Positions 54,217-63,978 of a stretch of 64,000 nt of DNA are shown piece by piece. Each line of letters starts with the position of its first letter. Within the stretch, counting starts at the first letter, position 1. The notes under the pieces are model-generated. The model searched no databases. It saw only the letters and a program-made list of their open reading frames with translations, and was not told where the DNA came from. The DNA lies in the IMG/VR virus record IMGVR_UViG_3300008120_000059, positions 1 through 64,000 of that record; one strand, 5' to 3'. Source of the DNA: a virus. Its lineage: Duplodnaviria; Heunggongvirae; Uroviricota; Caudoviricetes. Both the position numbers and the translations under genes were made by a program.

Positions 54217-55034
54217 GGAAAATACTTATATCGGATTTTACCATTAAAGAAGTACCTCACGGTGGTTCTGAATGGGTGAATCAAGTTTTAATTGATAGAT
54301 TTAATCTTGAGTTTGAATATTCAAACCAAGTCAAGTCATTTGATTACAACGCCCTGTATATTATATCAAATATTTCTTTGATGAACCCAAACTTGGTTAA
54401 TCAAATACAAAATTTGAACTACGTCATTATTGAAAACGATTATAAAATATGTGCAAGTAGACACCCATGGAGATATACCGACAACATAATTCCGATTGAG
54501 GAAAGAACCAACTATTCTCTTTACCGGAATGCAAAAGCGGTATTTGTTCAAACAACCGACCACATGAACGTTTATCTTAAAAACGATGTTGTTGCTAATT
54601 TTATAAATCTGAATAGTTCGATATGGTCAAATGAGGACTTAGAATTATTGAGGAATTTAAATAAATCCAACAATGTTAAAAACGACAAATATTCTGTTTA
54701 CTATACAAATAATTGGATAAAGAACACCCAAGGTAGTCTGAAGTATTGTTCTGAAAATAAATTACCGGTCCATATTCTTAAAGAATCTAAAGACAGAGTT
54801 GAATTTTTAAGTAATATGGCCAAATGTAAAGGTATTGTGTTTTTCCCGATAGCAAGAGAAACTTTTTGTAGACTGGTTGTTGAGGCAAAATGTTTAGGTT
54901 TGGAAGTAATAACGACACAAAATTATGGTGCAAGTTTAGAAGAATGGTTTAATAGGTTATCAGGTGATGAATTAATTGATTTCTTAGAAACTAACACTTT
55001 AAAAAATTTAGAAATCATTTCAACTTATATATGA
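54213..55034 (+). CDS. GT-B-like (GT4-type) putative glycosyltransferase (273 aa)
   Basis: C-terminal ETFCRLVVEAKCLGLEVITT resembles the GT4 E-x7-E region. Confidence 0.4.
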   Translation: MRKILISDFTIKEVPHGGSEWVNQVLIDRFNLEFEYSNQVKSFDYNALYIISNISLMNPNLVNQIQNLNYVIIENDYKICASRHPWRYTDNIIPIEERTNYSLYRNAKAVFVQTTDHMNVYLKNDVVANFINLNSSIWSNEDLELLRNLNKSNNVKNDKYSVYYTNNWIKNTQGSLKYCSENKLPVHILKESKDRVEFLSNMAKCKGIVFFPIARETFCRLVVEAKCLGLEVITTQNYGASLEEWFNRLSGDELIDFLETNTLKNLEIISTYI

Positions 55035-56023
55035 TATTATTTTGTTACGGCACAAGACCTGAGTATATTAAAATAAAAAAATTAATAGAAATGTGTGGGG
55101 AAAGTATTCCCCATAAAATTTTATATGTTACCCAACACAAAGATATTGTATTGGGTGATTTTGATTATAAATTATCCATTGATGATACGTGTGAAAATAG
55201 ATTGGATAGTATTATGTCATCCGTATTTTTAAATTTTAAAAAAGAATTTTTGGAAGGGGTTACACATATACTTATCCAAGGGGACACCGCAACCGCTCTT
55301 TCATTATCCCTAATAGGATTACACCATAAAAAAGAAGTGATTCATTTAGAAGCGGGATTACGGACATATGACTACAATCACCCTTACCCCGAAGAAATGT
55401 ATCGGCAGTTAATTAGTAGAATTTCAAACTATAATCTTTGCCCAACAGAAAGTAACAAGATGAACTTAGAAAATGAAAAAGTTCAGGGTAAAAATTTTGT
55501 AGTTGGCAATACCGTATTAGATAATCTTAATAAAGAAAATATTACATACGAAAATAAAGTCTTAATCACTTTACATAGAAGAGAGAATCATGAGATGATG
55601 TCGGAGTGGTTTGATGTTATCAATCGATTAGCAAAGAATAATCCTGAATTAAAATTCATTCTTCCAATACACCCAAACCCAAACGTCATAAAACACAAAC
55701 ATATATTGACACATGTTGATGTTATTGAACCATTAACCCATGATAAATTTATTGAGGAATTCAAATCCTGTAAATTACTAATTTCAGATAGTGGGGGTGT
55801 TCAAGAAGAGGCGTCGTTCCTAAATAAGAAAGTTATTGTATGTAGAGAAAAAACTGAGAGACCTGAGTCCTTGGGTAAAACGTCTTTTATATGTAAAAAA
55901 CCCATTGACTTAGAAGGTATTTTTTACGATATTATTAACGATTTCCAAACAGAATATGATTGTCCTTTTGGTGATGGTAATTCTTGTGAAAGAATCATTG
56001 AAATATTTAGAAAAATTGTATGA
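55031..56023 (+). CDS. UDP-N-acetylglucosamine 2-epimerase (non-hydrolysing, WecB/MnaA-like)
   Basis: GTRPEYIK, HLEAGLRTYD, ITLHRREN, HPNPNV, SDSGGVQEEA, PFGDGNSCERI blocks align with WecB along the full length. Confidence 0.75.
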   Translation: MILFCYGTRPEYIKIKKLIEMCGESIPHKILYVTQHKDIVLGDFDYKLSIDDTCENRLDSIMSSVFLNFKKEFLEGVTHILIQGDTATALSLSLIGLHHKKEVIHLEAGLRTYDYNHPYPEEMYRQLISRISNYNLCPTESNKMNLENEKVQGKNFVVGNTVLDNLNKENITYENKVLITLHRRENHEMMSEWFDVINRLAKNNPELKFILPIHPNPNVIKHKHILTHVDVIEPLTHDKFIEEFKSCKLLISDSGGVQEEASFLNKKVIVCREKTERPESLGKTSFICKKPIDLEGIFYDIINDFQTEYDCPFGDGNSCERIIEIFRKIV

Positions 56024-56748
56024 GTATAACGGTAATATTAAATGGGTATAAAAGACCACATGTTCTCCAAAAACAATTGGAATCAATTAGAAATCAAAGT
56101 GTCCAACCCGAATCAATTTTATTTTGGCAAAATTCTGGTTCTCAATTTGATGAGGGACTAACCAAAGATTTAATTCACGCATCTTGTAATAGTAATTTAG
56201 GTGTGTGGGCAAGATTTGCATTTGCTTTAAATGCCAACACAGAATATATTTGTGTTTTTGATGATGACACAATACCGGGTAAACTATGGTTAGAAAACTG
56301 TCTAAACACCATGAAAATTCAAGAAGGTTTATTAGGAACTATCGGTGTAAAATTTCACACAAAAAACTCTTATTGGCCAGCAACAAGAGTCGGTTGGGAC
56401 CAACCTAACGAAGAAATTGAAAAGGTCGACATTGTTGGTCACTCGTGGTTCTTTAAAAGAGAATGGTTATCGATATTTTGGAGAGAATTACCTGAAATCA
56501 ATCAGAGTAAATTAGTTGGTGAGGATATGCACTTTTCATATACATTACAGAAATACGCAAATATCGGAACTTACGTTCCTCCCCATCCTAAAGAAAATAG
56601 AGAAATGTGGGGTAGTATACCAGAATATGCATGGGAACATGGAACTGATTCCAACGCAATTTCCGTAAATCATTCAAATATGAATTTAATGGGTGAAGTT
56701 TACCGTGGGTATGTAAATAAAGGATTTAAGACAATATTAAATGATTGA
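56020..56748 (+). CDS. GT-A-fold glycosyltransferase (242 aa)
   Basis: ITVILNGYKRPHVLQKQLESIRNQ ... VFDDDTIPG (DxD). Confidence 0.5.
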   Translation: MSITVILNGYKRPHVLQKQLESIRNQSVQPESILFWQNSGSQFDEGLTKDLIHASCNSNLGVWARFAFALNANTEYICVFDDDTIPGKLWLENCLNTMKIQEGLLGTIGVKFHTKNSYWPATRVGWDQPNEEIEKVDIVGHSWFFKREWLSIFWRELPEINQSKLVGEDMHFSYTLQKYANIGTYVPPHPKENREMWGSIPEYAWEHGTDSNAISVNHSNMNLMGEVYRGYVNKGFKTILND

Positions 56749-57460
56749 AAAGTATATTGAAGATTTTAATTCGTTTTGGGAAAAGATAGATAGTCGAACT
56801 AACTTTTCTTTTGTTAGATATGCCGATGGTGAAGTGATGTTAATGAATAATTCACCGATAGAAAAGAATACACAAGCGTATCAAAACGATAAATGGTTTT
56901 CGAGTGGGGGACAAACCAAATTAGGTGTGGATTTAAATGAATGTATAGGGTTGAACGACCCAAATTTTTATTTTGCAATATCCTCCAAAACTGATAGTAT
57001 TAGAGACTATAATTTTTTATATGATAGAATACAAAATAAATCAAACATTACATTTGCTAACCTATGGATTAACGCAAATTACAAAGAAAATATATCAAGA
57101 ATAAGAAATATAAATCGAGATGTTGTTTTAATTTGTAATGAAAATTGTGATTTAAAAAACATACCATTTAGTGTATCAGAATTTGTACCGTTCCCTAATG
57201 ATTGTGTAAACTATTGGGAAGAACATAGAGATTCGTTTTTAGAAAAAATATACAATGTTTCTTCAAAATATAAAGATACTTTATTTATCGTATGTTGTGG
57301 ACCAACATCTGCTGTTATCATAAAACATATGTTTACAAATAATAGTAATAACACTTATATTGATTTTGGTTCCGCATTAGATGTATTCATACATAATAAA
57401 ATAACTAGACCATACATGTATGAAGGGTCACAATATCATAATCACATATCAAAATTTTAA
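56741..57460 (+). CDS. hypothetical protein in glycan island (239 aa)
   Basis: ORF with overlapping start. Confidence 0.45.
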   Translation: MIEKYIEDFNSFWEKIDSRTNFSFVRYADGEVMLMNNSPIEKNTQAYQNDKWFSSGGQTKLGVDLNECIGLNDPNFYFAISSKTDSIRDYNFLYDRIQNKSNITFANLWINANYKENISRIRNINRDVVLICNENCDLKNIPFSVSEFVPFPNDCVNYWEEHRDSFLEKIYNVSSKYKDTLFIVCCGPTSAVIIKHMFTNNSNNTYIDFGSALDVFIHNKITRPYMYEGSQYHNHISKF

Positions 57461-57466
57461 TTCAGT

Positions 57467-58057
57467 ATGAATAATGATTTTTGTGTCATAGTACAAGGAC
57501 CTTCAGACTACGTTAAAGAATTAAAAAACGCTTGGACTGGTTATGATTTGATTTGGTCAACATGGCAAGGTGAAGAATCAAAATACGATACTAATGATGT
57601 TGTCTTATTCAACAGTATTCCACACGATAGGGGTGTACAAAATATAGCACTACAAAAAATATCAACTTTGAATGGAATAATGAAAGCCAAAGAAATAGGT
57701 TACAACAGAGTCCTTAAATGGAGAAGTGATTTACTACCATCTAATGCAAATAGATTAGTTTCCACATTTAAAAAAGAGTGTGTAAATTTTTTGACTTGGC
57801 ATAATGAAGGAAAATATTTTGTTGATTATTTTGTGGAGGGTGAAATAGATACGGTGTTTGATATTTGGAATGTATCTACCATACACGATGAGTATTCGGA
57901 AAAAATAATCACGGAAAATATAATATCACTTAACTATAAAAATATAAACTTTATGGGTGGCGAATTAAGTAATGATAATGAAATTTTTTGGTTAAAACGA
58001 AATATTAATTTGTCCACATATAAAGACGCACCATGTTATAGTATGGTGGTGATTTAA
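57467..58057 (+). CDS. hypothetical protein in glycan island (196 aa)
   Basis: ORF. Confidence 0.45.
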   Translation: MNNDFCVIVQGPSDYVKELKNAWTGYDLIWSTWQGEESKYDTNDVVLFNSIPHDRGVQNIALQKISTLNGIMKAKEIGYNRVLKWRSDLLPSNANRLVSTFKKECVNFLTWHNEGKYFVDYFVEGEIDTVFDIWNVSTIHDEYSEKIITENIISLNYKNINFMGGELSNDNEIFWLKRNINLSTYKDAPCYSMVVI

Positions 58058-58068
58058 AAATTATAAAA

Positions 58069-58803
58069 ATGATAGATAATTCAAAATTTATTGACGACGC
58101 ATTTACTCAAGATGAATTAAATAGGGGTGCCTTTACCGATTTGAATGGTAGATGTCCATTATGGACAACAAAAATGATTAATGTTATAAAAGATAAAATT
58201 GACTTTAATGATGTCAACACAATATTAGATATTGGGTCAAGAGATGGTTGCCAAAGTTTAGAGTTAAATAGATGGTTTCCACATGCTAAAATATATGCGT
58301 TTGAACCAGTAAAAGAAAACTACGAATTTACAGTTAAGAACGTTGAGAAAATTAATAACATAAAAGTTTACCAATACGCAATAAACAATTACAACGGTAA
58401 AACTAAATTTTACGAAGTTTATAATGGAAATGTGGGTGCCAGTTCTTTATTACAGACAACAAACCACTGGCGTTCATCTCAGTGGGCCCAAAAGGAAACT
58501 GAGGTTGACTGTATTGTTCTTAGTGATTGGTTAAAAGAAAATGATATTAAAAGTGTTGATTTGATTTGGATGGATGTTCAAGGTGCAGAAAATATCGTAT
58601 TAGACTCTCTAAAAGAATATTTAAATGATGTAAAAATAATAACCACCGAAGTAGGGTTACAGGAATTATATCGTGGTTCTACAAGTAAATCTGAACTAGA
58701 TGAAAAACTAAATAGGTTTATACCAATAGACGAGTCGCCAGAATCTTCAAACACAGAAATGGATGTGGTTTATATCAACAAAAATTTAACACCTTATGGA
58801 TAA
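58069..58803 (+). CDS. FkbM-family SAM-dependent methyltransferase
   Basis: ILDIGSRDGCQSLEL ... AFEP ... IWMDVQGAE blocks. Confidence 0.6.
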   Translation: MIDNSKFIDDAFTQDELNRGAFTDLNGRCPLWTTKMINVIKDKIDFNDVNTILDIGSRDGCQSLELNRWFPHAKIYAFEPVKENYEFTVKNVEKINNIKVYQYAINNYNGKTKFYEVYNGNVGASSLLQTTNHWRSSQWAQKETEVDCIVLSDWLKENDIKSVDLIWMDVQGAENIVLDSLKEYLNDVKIITTEVGLQELYRGSTSKSELDEKLNRFIPIDESPESSNTEMDVVYINKNLTPYG

Positions 58804-59497
58804 TAAAATTTGTTACGTTACTTATACAAATTCAAAATGTTCAGATATTTTGGATATGTTCTTGTTAGAACAAAAAAAGTACACAAACTTACCGATGTAT
58901 TTTATTACAGATGTAATGATACCCGAGCAAATTTGTTTTTTATATGAAAATCAAGAACCTTATTATGAATCATGGTTAAAGTGTTTATCTTCAATACCAT
59001 ATGACTATTTTATATACTTACAAGAAGACTTTATTCTTTATAACAATGTCAGTCATGATAAAATTTTTAATTACCTCGATTTTTTACATGATAACCAAGA
59101 ATATTCGTTCATTAGATTGTTAAAATCGGGGTCTGTTAAAGATAAAAAAATTTATGAGACCTTATATGAAATAGAATCCGACAATAAAGATATATTTTCT
59201 ATGCAACCAACTATTTGGAAAAAAGATGATTACATTAAAATCATGAAAGGTACCAAAAATAATATGTGGTTAGAGAATGAAACATATAGAAATTTTATGA
59301 TAGAAAACAACATCAAAGGTTTATATCATTACGATGGTGAAAACAAAAGGGGGTTGAATCATTTTGATAGTTCTGTTTATCCATATATAGCAACGGCTTT
59401 AGTTAGAGGTAAATGGAATTTATCTGAATACCCTAATGAACTCTCTCCATTAATAAATGAATATGAAATAAACGTAAATGTTCGGGGGATACATTAA
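58796..59497 (+). CDS. hypothetical protein in glycan island (233 aa)
   Basis: ORF. Confidence 0.45.
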   Translation: MDNKICYVTYTNSKCSDILDMFLLEQKKYTNLPMYFITDVMIPEQICFLYENQEPYYESWLKCLSSIPYDYFIYLQEDFILYNNVSHDKIFNYLDFLHDNQEYSFIRLLKSGSVKDKKIYETLYEIESDNKDIFSMQPTIWKKDDYIKIMKGTKNNMWLENETYRNFMIENNIKGLYHYDGENKRGLNHFDSSVYPYIATALVRGKWNLSEYPNELSPLINEYEINVNVRGIH

Positions 59498-59499
59498 TA

Positions 59500-60174
59500 A
59501 TGAAAATTGTTCTATCTTTTTACACCAACAATAAATTTAGTAACACCGTTCAAAAATTAATCGGATATTATAATTCACGTGGTTTCAATGATATCCGAGG
59601 ATTTAAATCTGAAGATGTTAAGAAAGGTATTTTTTATGAAAACCATAAAGAAATATTAGATTGTGAAACGGGTGATGGATTTTGGTTGTGGAAACCAAAA
59701 ATTATTTTAGATATTTTGAATGAATTAGAAGATGGGGATGCATTAATTTATACCGATGCCGGTGATTTAGTTGATGTTGATTATAATACGATTGCAAATT
59801 ATTTGAAAGATAATGATTATTATTTTACAAATTGGAATGGAAATCGTTGGCCTCAAAAAATATGTACAAAAAGAGACTGTTTTATCTTGATGGATTGTGA
59901 TGAAGAAAAGTTTCATGAAACACCACAGATGGAAGCAGGATTTATCATCATTAAAAAAACCAAACAAATGATGGAATTTGTTCACGATTATTTTAAGTAT
60001 TGTAGTATTAAACAGATAGTTGACAATGAACCAAATCAAATTGGTGAGAATTTTCCAAATTGGCAATTCCATAGAAATGACCAAAGTATATTAACTAACT
60101 TGGTTGTGAAACATAATTTAAAATTTGATTATTGTCTCGATTATAGAATAAAATACAACGTATATATACCATGA
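59500..60174 (+). CDS. hypothetical protein in glycan island (224 aa)
   Basis: ORF. Confidence 0.45.
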   Translation: MKIVLSFYTNNKFSNTVQKLIGYYNSRGFNDIRGFKSEDVKKGIFYENHKEILDCETGDGFWLWKPKIILDILNELEDGDALIYTDAGDLVDVDYNTIANYLKDNDYYFTNWNGNRWPQKICTKRDCFILMDCDEEKFHETPQMEAGFIIIKKTKQMMEFVHDYFKYCSIKQIVDNEPNQIGENFPNWQFHRNDQSILTNLVVKHNLKFDYCLDYRIKYNVYIP

Positions 60175-60932
60175 AATTTATTGCATTAAATTATAATTAT
60201 GACTTAAATAAAATGTCCCAAATCGGTCGGAAATGGGCGTTTGATGTCTACAAAAATAAAGAGTTTATATCTGATTATTCATCAGCATCTTATGCTTCAT
60301 TTATTGATAAGAATAGAAAAAGTATTTTACATCTTTATACTGATGATGTTGAGGGTATGAAAGAAAAAATGAACAAGTATAACATTGACCAAGACAGAAT
60401 TATTTATATTGATTACACGGAACAACTTACCAAATACAATGAAAGTCTTAATTATAGTTTTACAGTTTTAAATGATTTTATTAATTATGCAAAATCAGAA
60501 ACTGAGTACACTGTAAAAATCGATAATGATTTATTTTTTCATTCGGAATTACCACAAATTGATGATAATTCTATTATGGTTTGGAAGTATGAAAGAATCG
60601 TTAGGAATGGTGACCCGAGATGGGGTGAAATAAAAATATGTAAACAGGTTACAAATGATTTAGATTTTAAAATTTATAATTTAGGTATTTTTGGGTTGCC
60701 CGCGGATTACAATATTCACCAAGCAAAAAAAATTATGGAAGATATGATATCGGTAGACATTTCAGATGTGACTGATACAGACTCGAAGATTTATCATTGT
60801 TGTGAGCAAACGGCAAATAATTGGATTTTTCACAAAGAAAATTATAACGTGATTGAAACGTATAATTATGTTGACCACCTGTTTGATAGAAAAGGTGATT
60901 GTATAGAATTATCAAAATATCTTTTAAAATGA
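60171..60932 (+). CDS. hypothetical protein in glycan island (253 aa)
   Basis: ORF. Confidence 0.45.
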   Translation: MKFIALNYNYDLNKMSQIGRKWAFDVYKNKEFISDYSSASYASFIDKNRKSILHLYTDDVEGMKEKMNKYNIDQDRIIYIDYTEQLTKYNESLNYSFTVLNDFINYAKSETEYTVKIDNDLFFHSELPQIDDNSIMVWKYERIVRNGDPRWGEIKICKQVTNDLDFKIYNLGIFGLPADYNIHQAKKIMEDMISVDISDVTDTDSKIYHCCEQTANNWIFHKENYNVIETYNYVDHLFDRKGDCIELSKYLLK

Positions 60933-61696
60933 AAACATCAGTAGTATTGACAATTCACAACAAGGAATTCTTAATGAACCAAGTGGTGAGTAACTTGGTA
61001 AATAATTTATCAGAACTGAATGACCAGATTGTAATAGTTTTTGATGGTTGTACAGATAATAGTGAAGGTATTGTTCGTGACAATTTAAAGAGAGTTAGTA
61101 ATAAAAAAATTGATTACCTGTATGCCGACAATGTTTTTGAAACCAAAGCAAATAATATTGGTCTAAAGTCTGTTATAAATGATTATGTGGTCTTAATCCA
61201 AGATGATATGGTTGTCACAGAAAAAGATTTTGATAAGAGGATGTTGGAACCGTTCATAAAATATAGTGATGTGTTCGCTGTAACATCTTTTGTTGCTCAC
61301 AATAACATCTATAATGAACAAACAAAACAAATAAATTACATCGATATTGCACATAAAGATAACTCATCAAGAGATATTTTTTATGCTAGAGAATATGGTA
61401 ACAGAGGTCCACTAATGTACAACTATAATGACGTGGTCAAATTAAATTTTTTAGACGAATATTTTTCACCCCAAAATTATGATGATATGGATATGTCCAT
61501 GAGAGCATTCAAAGAACTCGGAAAAGTGTCAGGTTTATATACGATAGATTATATTTCCGAACCTGGATGGGGGACCACTAGACAAAAAAATCAATCATTA
61601 CATAATAATTTAGTTTACGTAAACGCAGCAAAAATACTTGAAAAACACAGGGATTTATTGTATAATAAAGACAAATATAAAGAGGATAGAGAATGA
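60929..61696 (+). CDS. glycosyltransferase family 2 (start moved to ATG 60929, ATGA overlap)
   Basis: MKTSVVLTIHNKE ... VFDGCTDNS ... IQDDM. Confidence 0.6.
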   Translation: MKTSVVLTIHNKEFLMNQVVSNLVNNLSELNDQIVIVFDGCTDNSEGIVRDNLKRVSNKKIDYLYADNVFETKANNIGLKSVINDYVVLIQDDMVVTEKDFDKRMLEPFIKYSDVFAVTSFVAHNNIYNEQTKQINYIDIAHKDNSSRDIFYAREYGNRGPLMYNYNDVVKLNFLDEYFSPQNYDDMDMSMRAFKELGKVSGLYTIDYISEPGWGTTRQKNQSLHNNLVYVNAAKILEKHRDLLYNKDKYKEDRE

Positions 61697-62310
61697 ATAA
61701 TATAGAGCTAAAGACATTTATGATTAATCATAATGTTAATATCCATGGTGTGATTCACGTTGGTGCACATTTTGGTCAAGAAGATGAAGTTTATAAGGAA
61801 TTGGGTATTTCAAACAGAATATACTTTGAACCTCTATCGTCTAATTTTGAGACCTTAAAAGAAAAAATAGATGATGACGCAATTTTAGTTAAACTGGCGT
61901 TAGGTAATGAAAAGAGAAAAGTTTCTATGTTTGTAGAATCCTTTAATAAAGGTATGTCATCCTCAATATTAGAACCGAAATTACATTCTGTTCAATTTCC
62001 TCATATCGTTTTTGATTCTGTAGAAGAAGTTGAAATGGATAGATTGGATGATTTAAATTACGATTTTTCAAAATACAACATGATGAATATCGATGTTCAA
62101 GGTTTTGAATTAGAGGTTCTCAAAGGTTCCGTGAATACATTAATCAACATTGACTACGTTATTGTAGAAATAAACAGAGCCGAATTATATAAAGGTTGTC
62201 CACACTTTGATGAAATAAACAATTGGATGACACATCATGGGTTTACCTGTGTTGAACAATTTTGGTGGGGTAATAATTTTGGTGAGGGATTTTTTAAAAA
62301 AATAAAATGA
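61693..62310 (+). CDS. FkbM-family SAM-dependent methyltransferase (second copy)
   Basis: HVGAHFGQE ... YFEP ... NIDVQGFELEVLKG. Confidence 0.6.
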   Translation: MNNIELKTFMINHNVNIHGVIHVGAHFGQEDEVYKELGISNRIYFEPLSSNFETLKEKIDDDAILVKLALGNEKRKVSMFVESFNKGMSSSILEPKLHSVQFPHIVFDSVEEVEMDRLDDLNYDFSKYNMMNIDVQGFELEVLKGSVNTLINIDYVIVEINRAELYKGCPHFDEINNWMTHHGFTCVEQFWWGNNFGEGFFKKIK

Positions 62311-63368
62311 AACGAGTATTAGTATTGGGTGGTGGCGGATTTATTGGTGGTCACCTAGCAAAAAGATTAAAAAATGAAGGAAACTACGTAAGAGTAGTTG
62401 ATATAAAAAGACACGAATATTTTGATGAGAAAGACTTTTGTGACGAATTCTTAATATATGACCTTACGGACCCAAAAAACGTATCATCAGTAATGAGATT
62501 AGAAGAATTAAATGGTACGATATTACCGTTTAATTATTACAAACAACCATATTCAACTGAGGTCCCATTTGATGAGGTTTATCAATTAGCTGCCGATATG
62601 GGTGGTGCTGGTTACATCTTCACTGGTGAAAATGACGCGAATGTTATGCACAATTCTGCAATGATAAATTTAAATGTTGTAAATGAATCAGTGAAGACAA
62701 AAGTTAAGAAGATTTTTTATTCATCATCGGCATGTATGTATCCTGAACACAATCAATTAGACCCTAACAACCCAAATTGTGAAGAATCATCAGCATATCC
62801 CGCGAATCCTGATTCAGAATATGGTTGGGAAAAACTTTTTTCGGAAAGGTTGTACTTGGCTTTTCACAGAAATCACGGTTTGGATGTTCGAATTGCTAGA
62901 TTTCATAACATATTTGGTCCATATGGTACGTGGAAAGGTGGTAAAGAAAAAGCACCAGCAGCTATGTGTAGAAAAGTTGCCGAAATGTTAGACGGTGGAG
63001 AAATTGAAGTTTGGGGTGATGGTCAACAGACTCGTTCATTCTTATATGTGGATGAATGTGTTGAAGCGGTTTTAAGACTAATGAGACAAGACTCTTTTTT
63101 GGGTCCTGTAAACATTGGTTCTGAAGAGAAAGTAACAATTAATGATTTGGCTCAAATGGCTATAGATATTTCAGGTAAAGAAATTTATATCAGAAATATT
63201 GGTGGGGAAGAATTTAAACAGAAGTATGGATATAAATGTCCTGTTGGTGTGAGGGGAAGAAATTCAGACAATAAATTATACCACGAAAAAATAGGTTGGG
63301 TTGTTAGTGAACCTCTGTTCTATGGAATGGAAAAAACCTATAAATGGATTAATAGTTTAGTTAAATAA
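62307..63368 (+). CDS. GDP-mannose 3,5-epimerase (GME)-like NAD-dependent epimerase
   Basis: VLGGGGFIGGHLAKRLK (GxxGxxG); LAADMGG; FYSSSACMYPE; RFHNIFGPYGTWKGGKEKAPAAMCRK; WGDGQQTRSF; VRGRNSDN; near full-length collinearity with plant GME. Confidence 0.75.
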   Translation: MKRVLVLGGGGFIGGHLAKRLKNEGNYVRVVDIKRHEYFDEKDFCDEFLIYDLTDPKNVSSVMRLEELNGTILPFNYYKQPYSTEVPFDEVYQLAADMGGAGYIFTGENDANVMHNSAMINLNVVNESVKTKVKKIFYSSSACMYPEHNQLDPNNPNCEESSAYPANPDSEYGWEKLFSERLYLAFHRNHGLDVRIARFHNIFGPYGTWKGGKEKAPAAMCRKVAEMLDGGEIEVWGDGQQTRSFLYVDECVEAVLRLMRQDSFLGPVNIGSEEKVTINDLAQMAIDISGKEIYIRNIGGEEFKQKYGYKCPVGVRGRNSDNKLYHEKIGWVVSEPLFYGMEKTYKWINSLVK

Positions 63369-63400
63369 AAAAGGGGGTTATTGACCCCCTTCTTTTTTTT
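63368..63400. terminator. bidirectional rho-independent terminator (AAGGGGG-ttattga-CCCCCTT)
   Basis: GC stem flanked by A6 and T8 between convergent genes. Confidence 0.7.
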
Positions 63401-63671
63401 CAATGTATTTTAATATAATTGCTAACGCCTCGTCGTCCCCATTAAAATCTTTTTCGGGACAAAAAAAGGGTCCTTTACCAGTGTCGTCTTTTTTAATGTA
63501 AAAGGCGGGTAAATATTCATTACCCGTTTGTTCAATTACTTTATTCCAAATCTCTTTATTCTTACCAACTTCAACTTCTCGGTAAGGTAATGATTCTTTT
63601 TGGAGTCTCTCTTTTAATCTTTTACAACCTCCACAACCCTCAAGTGTAAATAGAAGTAATTCATTCGCCAT
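63378..63671 (-). CDS. glutaredoxin-like thioredoxin-fold protein (CGGC active site)
   Basis: LFTLEGCGGCKRLKERL N-terminal CxxC in a ~97 aa Grx-like frame. Confidence 0.55.
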   Translation of the reverse strand: MANELLLFTLEGCGGCKRLKERLQKESLPYREVEVGKNKEIWNKVIEQTGNEYLPAFYIKKDDTGKGPFFCPEKDFNGDDEALAIILKYIEKKEGGQ

Positions 63672-63672
63672 A

Positions 63673-63978
63673 TTATAAAGTGTTTAATATTTCTTTGTAA
63701 AAAGAATCGGGTCTAACACCTGATGTTCTTGATACTTCGTTATTACCATTAAATATCATTACCGTTGGTACTGAACGTACCCCATATTCTTGAGAACCTG
63801 ACATTTCAGAATCAACATTAACCTTGACGAATTTAACATCAGGGTATTCGTGTTGTAGTAAATCTAATTTTGGTAATAACATTTTACATGGTCCACACCA
63901 TTCAGCGTAAAAGTCGGCAAGAACTTTCTCACCGTTTTGTTTCATTTCATTTAGTTTTTCAACTGTTACTAATTCCAT
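63673..63978 (-). CDS. thioredoxin
   Basis: WCGPCK active site, 101 aa. Confidence 0.8.
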   Translation of the reverse strand: MELVTVEKLNEMKQNGEKVLADFYAEWCGPCKMLLPKLDLLQHEYPDVKFVKVNVDSEMSGSQEYGVRSVPTVMIFNGNNEVSRTSGVRPDSFYKEILNTL

